A stretch of DNA of 56,257 nucleotides, counting the filler, from Basidiobolus ranarum (lineage: Eukaryota): the NCBI GenBank assembly GCA_040143965.1. It is 5 parts of 5 records of this genome, joined end to end, with 100 filler letters (N's around TTAATTAATTAA, not from the genome) between each part and the next. Parts side by side here need not be neighbours in the genome. Positions count along the whole stretch, not along the records: positions 33,851 to 45,011 come from JASJQH010000633.1; positions 45,112 to 56,257 come from JASJQH010000634.1; 3 more parts are not named here. One strand, given 5' to 3'. Shown here piece by piece: positions 35,555 to 48,535 of this stretch (the stretch's first letter is position 1; each line of letters begins with the position of its first letter). The position numbers and the translations under genes are program-made. The notes below the pieces were generated by a model. That model did no database searches. It saw only the letters and a program-made list of their open reading frames with translations, and was not told the DNA's origin.

Positions 35555-38500
35555 CTAAAACGTCTGAGAGATTTCGCTTGAACAAGGGGTCTCCGCTCGA
35601 TATTCAAGATTGTCGGAGTTACATTTTCCGTTGAGGATGGTTGAGTCTTGTGGTGTCACTGAATTAGTCTTCTCATTGAGTTCGCAGCATATCAATAGTA
35701 ATCTTTGGAGAAGCCCTGGATCACTGAATACTCGCCCTTGATTGATCAAAAGTTGAAGATCCTCATGATGTCGTGCAACAAAATTACTAAAGTTGGAGAG
35801 CTCTTTATCCACATCCACAAGATAAGGAATTCGAGGAGGCATGAAAAATGTTTCGGCACTTTGATATGGAGGTAAGACTTTCAATGGAGGGGTCATAGAA
35901 ACCGGGTTCGTCTAAAATCAGGTATTCGTTAGTATAAACATCAGATAGATGGCCTATGCATTACCACTTACCGCAACATAATCAATGAACTCCATAAGAC
36001 TCGTAGCATTTTGCTAAAGGTAGGTATTTTTAACGCTTGTTGGAATATAGTGTTGCAAGAAATGATGTAGCATACCCTGATGAATTCGTTCATATGTATC
36101 ATGTATGGTTCTTTGGAGCCAAAATCAGCCAGGTTGGCAAGACACTGTAGAGATTTAGCTAGCAATGTTAACGTTCTCCGAGTCTTGTTATCAGGATGTT
36201 CTGTATTATAGTGATATAAGTAACTCAACACTGCTTCTTTGTCTAATCCTAGAACACTTGCCTTTTACCAAGCCAAATAGCTTTGGGGATAGGACCGCGG
36301 GACAAAACAATCGCAAAAAGAGAAAACCACTGGATTTCGGTTAATGCATTGAATAGAGTGGATATCGAATGATGACTTATTCATACCTGATGCAAGTGTA
36401 ACGAACCAGAGATTTGTCAAGTTCATTTGCAAATTTGTCAAATATAATCTTTCTTAAATTTGCAAAAAATACTCGAAGCTCACTAGAATTTTGAATTAGA
36501 GATCGTTGAACAATGAATCATAGGCTTTTGATAGTACGAACCATGGGCATTTGGCTCTGGATTTCTCTATTGCACGCCATAACATTTTTGTATACGTAAG
36601 GAGGATTCTCCATTGACTACGGATATCTTGTCCTTTGTCAAGCTTCATCATATCAACCTGTAAATAGCCATAAGTCAATGGACAAGAGGTATTTCTCGGT
36701 GATCATCCTTACCTCACAAACAATCTTATGCTCACAGATGGAGCGAACAATGTCTCCGATTGCCTCATCCACATACTGAAGACCCACCATCTTCATATAG
36801 CTATCAATGGCTTTGGTTAAGATAGAATTTCCGCGAAAGAGGATGTTGGAATCATCTAAGAAATACTCATGAGTCTCCTCATTATTGATCACATGAAATA
36901 GAAGAGTTCAAACCTGTAGAGTTGACCTCATGATATGCCAAGTAAGTCAACCATTCAGTGGCATAATTTCTACCCTCATAGATACGCATCATATTCTCGG
37001 AAAACCATTCCAAATTCTTTGAAATGCCGACAAGATCAAATATGATTTTAGATTCGACATTCAGAATCATCTACAGAATCCCAACAACTCTTTAGACCTC
37101 ACAACCATGATACAATTGACAAAATGAATTACCTCCATGAGTTCTTCGTAATTCACTGAAGGAAGCACCACTACTTCATCGTAACGAAGTCTCAATCGTA
37201 TGTCTCCTACGTGTTCCGGGGTATGGGAGGATTTCGACTCATGCATAACTGGGTACCATCCTTCATAATACTCTCCCCGTCTACTCGAAGATTGCGGAAT
37301 AGAAACCTGGCCTAAACCAAGAATCAGCTTTGAAATTCAGTCACAATGTGCAATTTGAGCTGGAAATTTACCGATGAACGTATCCTCGTGTAGCTTGTTA
37401 TGATTCATGATAGAGATATCAACTCCGCGGCTCAACATAGGTATGTCACTAAATCACACACATCTAAGTATAGGTAATCGAGGATTGGTGTATTCTGATG
37501 TCTACCTGAAATAAAAGTCTTCTCGCCAGAATGGTGCATTCGTGCGACTTTTGGTACTTGTCTTAGCTCGTCGTTCGCCATCCATTTCAATCAGACAGTA
37601 TGGATCACACTGGCCAATGTTTTTCCCGTCAATGACGCGAAGCCAGAATGTCCTATCCATACGGTAGCAGAAGTGTGTAGCATCCGAGTATCCAAGCACC
37701 TCAGGCTTGGCAAAGGTTTTCAGAATTCCAACCCATTCATTTCTCTCAGTAAGATTCTCAGCCATGAAAAAGTAAACCCGATGTTTCGTACGAAGTAAGA
37801 AGCAATTCTTCTTCTTTAGGGCTGACTCGTCGATCATCTGAATATGGTTTCTGTGGATATCTCGCAGTTTGATATTTTCGATCACTGTTTTGTCCTGTCG
37901 TTGAATCTGGTTAATATCAGCCATAATCACCGTATTGGATAAAAGATTACCTGTTCATTGAACTGATATAGAATTCCATTGGACCTAACGATAAGAACCA
38001 CTTTGCGCCAGTTGGCTGGTAATGACAGAGGGTCCTTTGCTGACGATGAGGATTTCCACCCTTTGAGTTCTACAGAAATTGTAAATGAAGGTCAACCAAA
38101 ACTCAGGTTTGAAGAAAAGGGGTGCATATCTACCACGGATCATGAGATCTCCAGATTTGACTGCTTCAGAGCCCATCTATTATTGAATGTCAAGAGGCTT
38201 AAGTAAGGTGGTCCATTTACAATAAATGCCTACACCTACATATGATTCGGAACCATTTTTTTGTGAGCTTGTTGATCCGAAAGATGTTGATTTATAGAGA
38301 CTTGGGCGTCTCAGGGAAGCCGACTGAAGGGATTTAGAAATCATATATAGTCATAATCAAGTAATATAGGTCATTACCATCCCCAACTCGGAACTCGAAT
38401 CTCTGATTACTGAATCAGTTTTCTGTTGCGTTCTTAAGGCATAAATCCATTCCATCATATCGGCCTCCGTTTCTGCTTGGAAATAGTTTGTTCTACCGTA

Positions 38501-40221
38501 CAACGTTAGAAAAGATCCTGCAAAGCACAACCAAAAAATTACTTACAAAACTGGAGGGGTACTTATTTCAAAAACGAATGCCCTCCCGTCACATTCTGAC
38601 TCTCTAATCGAAGATGAACGCAAATCTATGACTAACGGATGTTCCTGATAAGCAAGTCGTCAGAAAATTCTCCGTTGTAAATAAAGGCCGTGTTTAAACC
38701 TACATCTGAGGCTTGGATGAAAAGTCCTTCTGGAAGCTGTATGTGATAGTAGCACCTATAGAGACCAATTTTTAGCAATTGCCGATGCAGCAAATGAAGT
38801 AAGGATTTGAAAGTACCGGACCCATCCGCCAGGGAAGTTAGGCTTTCTCTGCAACAAATAGCCCGCTTTTTTTTGATATCCCAGAAGATCTGAATCAAAC
38901 GATGAATTCGATGTGTGAGAAATAGAAAGTCGCTCTTCGGATTCAACCATACCAAGAGACTGTCGAAATCTCAACAACTCAGCCTACTCAAATTGATTGG
39001 GTTATTATTCAGCACATAAAGAATTAGACTAGAGAATTTAGGACCTCCACAAAATCGGGCATGGTTTTCACGTCTGGCTTTAGGCTTTGAAGATCCGTTA
39101 CGCACGAATTCTAGTTAATGGAGTTAGCATTATTGACAACGTCGAGTAATTCTTGGACCTTACCTCTTCGATACACTTTAGAGCGTCTTTAACTAACGGA
39201 ATCGATGTTTCCATGTTGGTCTGAGTTTGGGTAGCCCATTCAGATAGGCCCGACAGTAGCTCACTTATCTGGTACTTCTTGTTAGGCCATAGATGTTAAG
39301 AAAACCTTGTTTTATGTTGAGTTACCTTTTGCATTACAAATGCCTCACGAATGGCCGGAATCTCGTTGAGTAGATTTGCATAATGTACTGATGAAAAACA
39401 GAGCTTCTCTTTCGCCAAGTATAGTGCTTTGGCAGTCTAAGAATAGGGGATATGCATTAGCATCGATCATCCAAGTATAAAACATAGAAAACACCTTCAA
39501 CCTCATCCCGTTGTAGACATTTTGAATTTGGTGTACTAGAATGTTCATTCAGAGAGGCTCCGTATTCCTCGGAAGCTTCGAGAAGCCCTGTTCTGGCATC
39601 CTATGAGACAAATATATATCAGTGATTCATTCTTCTACAACGTGTAAATTAGACTCTTACAGAGAGCATATTTTGAAGAGATAACTGAAATTGTTGAAGG
39701 GGCTCTTCAGTTTCTTTAGGTTAGCATTGATGAACTTGTTTGTTAATTATACTACAATAGTTACCGATAACCTCGGATTCCATGGTGGTCACAAACTTGT
39801 CATCCATCAATACAAAGGTCTTATTTAGCTTGGATATGGTCTCTGCTACAAGATTGCAGTTAAACTTCACATATTAAAGAAATGTCTATAATCCTAAATT
39901 CTGCCAACCAAATAATTCCGCTCCAAAGTCAATAGCCGTACCAGAAGGTATTTTGGAGGCCTCAACCATGAGTTCACCCGTGGAACTACTAAAAGCTACC
40001 ACAAAATGCAAAAGGCGCGTGAGTTCATGACCGGCAGGTGAATACTATGTAACCGCACTACTCATACCATTTATGGCGCTGAAAAACTCTCTAGCCTTCT
40101 CGGCCCAAACGGATATTATGGCCTCAAACCCTTGAACGAAAATATGAGCCTCTTCGAGATGTGCACGATATTGAGGCGGGTCTTGAAAAGCATCCTTTAG
40201 ATCAAGTGGGCTGGGTATCAT
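35555..40221 (-). CDS. Ras GTPase-activating protein with BAR-PH-PH-C2-RasGAP architecture; highly spliced
   Basis: RasGAP motifs LFRGNS, GFLFLRLFCPAVLSPKLF and LAKSLQCLAN; C2 DPYC..PFWREDF; PH motifs KKAGYL..FQAETEADMMEWI and AENLTERNEWVGIL; upstream exons read like a BAR domain. Some exon limits at 39110-39340 are uncertain. Confidence 0.85.
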
Positions 40222-43218
40222 ATGTTGGCTGTTACTGTGAAATCGTGGGCTAAAGATAAGTGATTTATAGTTTAATAGTTTAATGGACAGTAAACTAAGT
40301 AAATGTCAATCAGAGACTTGAAGCTAAGCGTGTTGATGGAGCAATTTATTAGAATGAAGTTGCAGGCCCATCCAATCAAAAGATTCTACTGGGACTCTGC
40401 TCTGGCCTAATTGAACTACTCCACAAAAACATTAGCTGGTCGCATGTTTTATCCCTTGTACTTTAGCAATTTAAATCAGCATATTAGTCAAGAGAACGGC
40501 AGATTGCTATATTAGCGTGATGTAAATATATTGATATTCGGAGTGCATCCACTCTGCTAGACACCAGAATGGTGAGCCTCCATGATGTGAATATATTTCA
40601 GAACTAAGCCATAATCAACGCTGCCCACCTTCTGCTTTAGGCATTTTTCACTGATAATGCTCCGTGTTTCTATTGCCCAATTCGAGGGATTTAATCTCTT
40701 ATTGATGGTTAAATGAGTCAAGGGATGCAAATACGCGAATGGGATTTGGCCCTCTATATCAAGCTCTATCTGTATTGCAGGATCACAGTTACCAAGACAA
40801 TGGATTCTGACATCCATGCCAGCGATGTGTTGGACTGCACGCCTGCTGGGTGTTGGCCGACACTCACGTAGAACCTAGAATGCTCTGCCAGCTGTGAAGG
40901 TAGCAGGTGTGTTATGCTCTTGCGATCCTCTTTGACAAGGTTTCAATTTGTGGACGAAGTGTCAGTAGATTCGGCTCGCAGTAGATAACGCTGTCCACGT
41001 CATTGACTGTTGCTTTACTCTAACCTAAAATAGTCCTCACACAGTACAGTGCTGGTCACTGGTCTTGACTCTCACGTCTGAAACATCCGAGTACCACTAA
41101 AGCTTTAGGGGAATGCTCAAATTTAGAAAGCTATCTCAGGGACAACCTGTCATTTGAATATCAAACTCGACCCTGTATTCGTAGCCTAGTAGTTGACTAC
41201 AGGAGAATCTGGAATTCAACTTGAACCAATTGTTGTTGATGATGCGATTCTTTGGAATACTAGCAAATCGCCATCCACCAAGAAGTAACAAATATTAAAT
41301 CTTGTTACGGATAGGCATGTGTCTGGTCAGGTCCGAGTCTATTAGCACTAATTGCCTACGGCAGAGCCATATAAACTCAAGGAAATCCATTTGACCTTGT
41401 GTTTAGACCCAAACACCGCGCTTCGCTCTGGCAACTGACCCATGTTGATCGCTTTGTAACGTGTAAGGATGATAACTTAGTGTGATCACACGATCATTTC
41501 CTGTTGACGAGTTTCATTTACAAGCCCCTTAGCCTATGCACCGGAAATATAGTATATTCATTTAATGTATGTTAGCGGATATTCCGGGAACCTTGAGTCC
41601 TGTAATGGCGTTTATGTGAAGGGTGTAGAATGGCAAGTGGTCGTATGGCGCATACTCTGAGTGCCAAGATTAACATTGGAAGCTCTACAAATGAACTGCC
41701 TAATGATGCTGCCACCTCTGGTTCGTGAAATGCCAAAGAAAGGCCAACTGTTTGCGGCCTAACTTGAGTCAATATACTGTGCTTGATGTCGTTGAACTTG
41801 CTTCAAGGCTCAATGGCAACTGATGCGCGGTTGCCATCTGTTGTAGATGCATATCTATACATTTAAAAATGATTGTGAAACTAAATAGGAGACGGCTTGG
41901 TAAATCATCAACTCCAAATGTATTGTAATAAAGCAATATTCCCCGTAGCCAGAGTTCCTAAAACTACAGAACATATCTTTAATTGCAGGTTTCGCGTGAT
42001 TTCTAATCATATGCCGATCATTGATAACCTATGGTTGCGAACTTGAGTACAAGACTGCCTTGGATCAGCAAATCACTGTAGATACGAACGTGGTATGGCA
42101 ATCAAATGCTTACGTGAGTTAATTTATGGATTCAGAGTCAAATTGAGGTCTTTAAACTCTACTTGAAATCATGGCTGTCGATTAAGTGGATTCTCTGAAA
42201 CTTCCAAACGTGCTATACTGGTAATCATATCTGAGCCACTTGCCATGTTTGATTGTACTACGATTTACCAGCTGGATATCAAAAGTGTGGCTTGAAACGG
42301 CGTTCACTGAGGCATTTCCTGGGTTTTGCCTTCAGAACTTGGATTTCTACAAATTGGCGTAGATTCAGATAGTAATTCTGGATCCTTTCTGAAGAACAGC
42401 CTTGTGTCGCTTGTGTCCTTCGCCAATTCCGATCAAGCAATCTCGATAAGGTAAGGCTGCCGCAGCCCAAATTCCTGGTAGCACCTACCAATATCATGAG
42501 ACTGTTTAATAACATTGGTTTATCCAACGACGTTTGCCAGTTCAAACAGTCCAGGAAAGCAACTTACAAGCCGATTCTGATACTCTGAGGTATTTGCATC
42601 AGTCGCAGTCTTTCATGTGAGAATAGTATCGTTGTTGCTCACAAAAGCATACAGTGTGGCATACAGTCACTCTTAACAAAGATGCGTCATCTGCATTCAT
42701 AATAGCTGAGCTTGAAGCAGTCTCCTGTCTTCAGTGTTACCTGAAATCATGGTACATATTTGGTTGTAACGCCTGAAGGCGTGGTTCTGGAATAACGGAG
42801 TTGTATTCAAATAGTCTAGCTCACCCATTGTAGAGATTCTTCACCGATGTATCGCTCTGAACAATGGAGGGAAACCCTCTATCTCTATACCCTGTATGTT
42901 GTTTACCGCTTGTTTTGATTGATCTCATAATAAACAACTAAATGCACTATTTGGAAAATAAGTCACGTCACCTTGGAACTGCTTCTGATTTGAGACTCGT
43001 TTCAGCTATATTCCATTCTCTTCGGCCTCGAATTTTCCTCTGATACTCTTTATATTTTCTTGTGGTACAAGTCTTCACAGCTCTGCTGCAAAGTTTTACC
43101 ACTATTTATCTCTTCTTGTTCCGCCTTAGCTACTCCAGTCCACCGTAATATACTAATTAATCAATTCACTTTCTCGAAATTGTAAAGCTGACCCACGGAA
43201 TTATCCATCTTTCCTCAT

Positions 43219-45011
43219 ATGCGGTCAGCAATTTCCTCATTGCATTTGTTTCGAGATACCGAGTTGCGTCAGCTAGAATCTAGCAGTAGCTTATTATTTC
43301 TTGACGGGCAGTCGCGGCAACATCCTACAATCCTCAACTTTTTCGCCTCTCCATATTTTCTTCTCCTTATATTTTTAGTAAGCTCAATGCTCTCTTCATT
43401 TGCCATAACCTTTAACTAATCATTTTTAGGCTTTATTAGTGAATCGCATCAATACACTTATCCCACTCCATCCCCCGAGAGCACTTTCTTTCTTTTCACG
43501 AATATGCTTGCGATTTCCAGGCATCGTAATTCTTACTCACGCTAATCTGTGGTTAGCCAACTTGATCCTATCGGAATATAATTTTGAAATGGTGAAATTT
43601 TTTCCTCTTCACAATTTCGATAGATTTATTCAAAAAGAGAGTTATACTCCAGAAGAAGCCTTATGGTGGTTGTTTTTGGCCATGGGATTGGTTACTTTAA
43701 TGAGAGTATTTGTATCTTGTATTGAAAACCAGTAAGTTTCGATCAGCGTGTTTACAAATGTTTTGTTGTCTGATAATATTAATATTAGTAATAATCATAA
43801 TATTTATTATTTTATCTAGAGCTCCTGCTTATGAACAGACGATGACTTTAACTGAATGGGGTTTTATGTTTTATATGCACCACAAAGGAGACGCCCTCAT
43901 AGTAGCTATAATCCAAGGATTGTCAATTCTTACCATCGAAATTATAGAAATTCACCCTAGAGGGAAAAAATATCGACTCATTCCAACAACGATATGGGGA
44001 ACTATTGGGCTTGCTCACTTTATATATGCTATATGGCATCGTTCGTTTACATACCCAAATATTCAACTCTTGACTCGGCTTCCTGAAGCTTTAGTCATAG
44101 TGATAATTGCAATGTTCGCATTTTTGCATGGTCTTGTATATATATTTACTGGAGGCGAGGCAACTAGCGAAATATTAAACTCTGTAGACTTCCCTCAACT
44201 GAGTGAAGATTATACTTTAGCCGTTTTTAGGTTAGGTACCGCATGTTTGGACGCCGTTAGAAGAGTTGGATTAAGAAATGAATTGGAATCTATATATGTT
44301 CCTAGATATACTTATTTAGACTCTCCGACGGAACCTTCAAAAAAAAGTCGAGCTTCTATGGGTTTGGGATTTGGAAATGAAATTCTGGATGTAATACCCA
44401 TACAAAATAATCGACCTAATCCTGTATCAGTTCACTCAATCTACTGGGGCACTCTGGTCAAAAATTTCATGTCCTCTTTATGTCAAGCTGGCAAAGTATG
44501 GCTTTGTCTAGAAATGCGAAAACTCGTCCGGTTTACTGGTAGCGCTGGTATAAATCGTTTTTTATCGAATGCTACCGAGGAAAATTTCAGTGTTAACACT
44601 AGAGCCAAAAGAACCTGGAATATGAAATATTATAACACTTCTTCACACCAATATCTATACGCAAAGTTCCTAAAAAGCGTAACCCCAGATGCCAAAGAAT
44701 TATGGGAGGAAGATGATGACGATGAATTCATCCCTACCAGAGACCGTGGTGAGCAAACGGTATACGACAGTGAAGAGGAATTCGAATCAGATTCGTTAGG
44801 CACGATATCCCAGCTCAACCACCAAACAGACAAGTCAAGCGATTCGGATGTCGACGAAGTCGTCTCTGATTACATCTCAGGCGATGAAGATATACATGAC
44901 AATAATGAAACACTGAACCTCATTTCAGAAATTATATTGGATTCTGACGGAGAATCTGATTCTTCTACAGAATCTACCCGAGCCAAGTTGCTCGCAAGTT
45001 ACATACTTGGC
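43219..45011 (+). CDS. Asi1/Asi3-like multi-pass membrane E3 ligase, 3' partial (RING not reached)
   Basis: FFASPYFLLLIFL|ALLVNRI, LWWLFL, TMTLTEWGFMF, YRLIPTTIWG, EDYTLAVFRLG and LRNE, then an acidic tract; introns near 43379-43429 and 43732-43819. Confidence 0.6.
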
Positions 45012-45111
45012 NNNNNNNNNNNNNNNNNNNNNNNNNNNNNNNNNNNNNNNNNNNNTTAATTAATTAANNNNNNNNNNNNNNNNNNNNNNNNNNNNNNNNN
45101 NNNNNNNNNNN
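45012..45111. other. Artificial contig linker
   Basis: 44 N + TTAATTAATTAA + 44 N. Confidence 0.99.
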
Positions 45112-45128
45112 CACACACACACACACAC
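45112..45128. repeat. (CA)n microsatellite at the contig edge
   Basis: CACACACACACACACAC; a likely cause of the assembly break. Confidence 0.85.
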
Positions 45129-45150
45129 CACATTCACGCTTACAGGACCA

Positions 45151-46477
<1,327 letters not shown>

Positions 46478-47272
46478 GGAAGATAATAAATGCTAGGTCT
46501 ACCTACGTGAAGGTTGGTTTTGGACGCTGGGATGAAGGGGGGTTTTCACTTGACTACAGAGAGAGTAAGTGTGAGTACTTAGTGAAGTTATCAAGGATGA
46601 AAATCTTCTGCTATAATATATAATCATCACGCACACACACACACTACTCTAACGATATTTTTCGAGCTTGTACCTGTGATTACGAACTCGCGTATGTTGT
46701 ACGTTGCTTGGCTAAAGTTTTGATGCAAGCCAAAAAGGACTAATAAATTCGAGATGGATTTGTAGCACACCCTTGCTATCACCAATATATCATAACTACA
46801 GATTATTTTTCATTTAGTGTCACGTGACTTGACATATCCAATAATTCCTACTTGACTCCAGATAGCTAATTGCCATTGGAACAACACATACAACTCACAC
46901 TGAACCCGTGAACGACCAGTTTGTACACAGTATATACAAATATGCACTAGCCCACACACTTTCACAGATATTAAGTACAAAGGGATGAAAAATGGTTTCT
47001 ACTATTTTTATTAGCAAACATCAGAACTAGCGATCAACATGGATTCTTCGCCGATTCGAGTCTAAGAGACACAACACAGTAGAGTGCATAAACGTAAGGG
47101 AACAGAACACACTTAGCATCTAACACACACACCAACGAAAAAGTACATTCACTCGAACAAACGTTCCGGGAAGCAAATAATAACAGGGCCCAGCCGGAAT
47201 GAAAGTCAAAGTGATGGAAAATAATAGACATAAATTAATGACCGAACGAGGTAGAATGTTCAAAAAACCGCT

Positions 47273-48535
47273 TTAAATCATCAATGTGCCAAACTCGTCT
47301 TCCAAAGCAGCGGCAATATCATCATCATGTGAGAAAGATCCCTTGACGGAGAAAGAGCCGTAAGCAGAGTCGTAGTCATGATCCTCGGATACATCTTCAA
47401 ACAGAACAGGTTCGTTGAAATCCATCTCCTCTTCTTCATCAAACACCTCAGACCATGTTGATTGGTGAGAGTTGTCGAATGAGAAGCTGGGGATTTCAAG
47501 ACGTGCCTTGTTAGCAGGTATCTCGATGCAACCATCATGGACGGAGAATTCCGAATCAAAGGCAGCATAATTCTTCTCCAAGTCAGCACACCAACACTTC
47601 CATTGGAGTAAGTTGATTCTGCCCTTGCGACCATGATCGCTCTCAAGACAAAATACCTGGGTGGCCAAGAATTCCGCAACCTCGTTGGGACAGTCGAATT
47701 TCATTTTCAAGAATCCGATCTTGTCCTTCATAAAGGCAGCGAAAGCGTCACATTCACCAGCACTGGGATCAGTCCAAGGACATTGGTGGTAAAGGAGATT
47801 CAAAAAGATGATACCCAAAGACCAGATATCAGCTTGACGAGAAGAATAAGGAGCACGATAGAAGTTGCGACTTTCGTAGCTAAGGTAAGGCTTGCTACCA
47901 CATTCGTAATCGGTAGAGTAGTCCTCGGTGGTGGCAAGGCCGAAATCAGTCAATTTGACCACACCGTCGTAGGTGATCATAAAATTCTCTGGCTTCAAAT
48001 CACGATGATAAACTCCGTTTTGATGACAGAACAAGACAGCGTCAAGTACCTGATCAAAGACATGCTTGATAGTGCTGATACGCTCAGCCTCTGGGTTGTC
48101 GAATTGGCTCTCGGTTTCGTAATCTGCGTCACGAGAAATCCAACTGAACAAATCCTCACCGTCACAGTATTCCATCACAATGAAGAGCCATTCATCCTTG
48201 GAGAATGAGGACTCCATCTTGACGATGTTCTTGTGGTGGCTAAGGGACGAGTGAATGTCAACTTCAATCTGCTGGAGCTCAAGCATGTCTTCAGAAAGGG
48301 CACGCTTGGATAAACACTTGATGGCATAATCCTCACCGCTGAGGTTATCTCTGGCAAGATAAACGACGGCATAAGATCCGCTGCCTAGGAAATCCAAAAG
48401 AGTATAAGAGCAGCCGGTATTGGGGTCCTCGAGGATGGTACCGAATTCAAAGGGTAGTTGGGATTCGTCGGCGACTTCATCATCGCCGTAGTGAGTGGTA
48501 TTCTCGGTAGGGAAATTGGTTTCAATTGCGTTCAT
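47273..48535 (-). CDS. Ran1/Pat1 (Sks1/Vhs1/Ksp1)-like Ser/Thr kinase; true N-terminus may lie upstream
   Basis: GSGSYAVVY, YAIKCL, YHRDLKPENF, DFGLATT, CGSKPYLSYE and DIWSLGIIFLNL..CPW; acidic tail. Confidence 0.88.
   Translation of the reverse strand: MNAIETNFPTENTTHYGDDEVADESQLPFEFGTILEDPNTGCSYTLLDFLGSGSYAVVYLARDNLSGEDYAIKCLSKRALSEDMLELQQIEVDIHSSLSHHKNIVKMESSFSKDEWLFIVMEYCDGEDLFSWISRDADYETESQFDNPEAERISTIKHVFDQVLDAVLFCHQNGVYHRDLKPENFMITYDGVVKLTDFGLATTEDYSTDYECGSKPYLSYESRNFYRAPYSSRQADIWSLGIIFLNLLYHQCPWTDPSAGECDAFAAFMKDKIGFLKMKFDCPNEVAEFLATQVFCLESDHGRKGRINLLQWKCWCADLEKNYAAFDSEFSVHDGCIEIPANKARLEIPSFSFDNSHQSTWSEVFDEEEEMDFNEPVLFEDVSEDHDYDSAYGSFSVKGSFSHDDDIAAALEDEFGTLMI

Noticed and set aside
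11203-45111. TTAATTAATTAA recurring about every 11.2 kb
   Set aside because: Assembly spacer with stops in six frames. Segment sizes fall monotonically (11202, 11181, 11167, 11161, 11146), as expected for size-sorted contigs; cross-linker gene clusters are not real.
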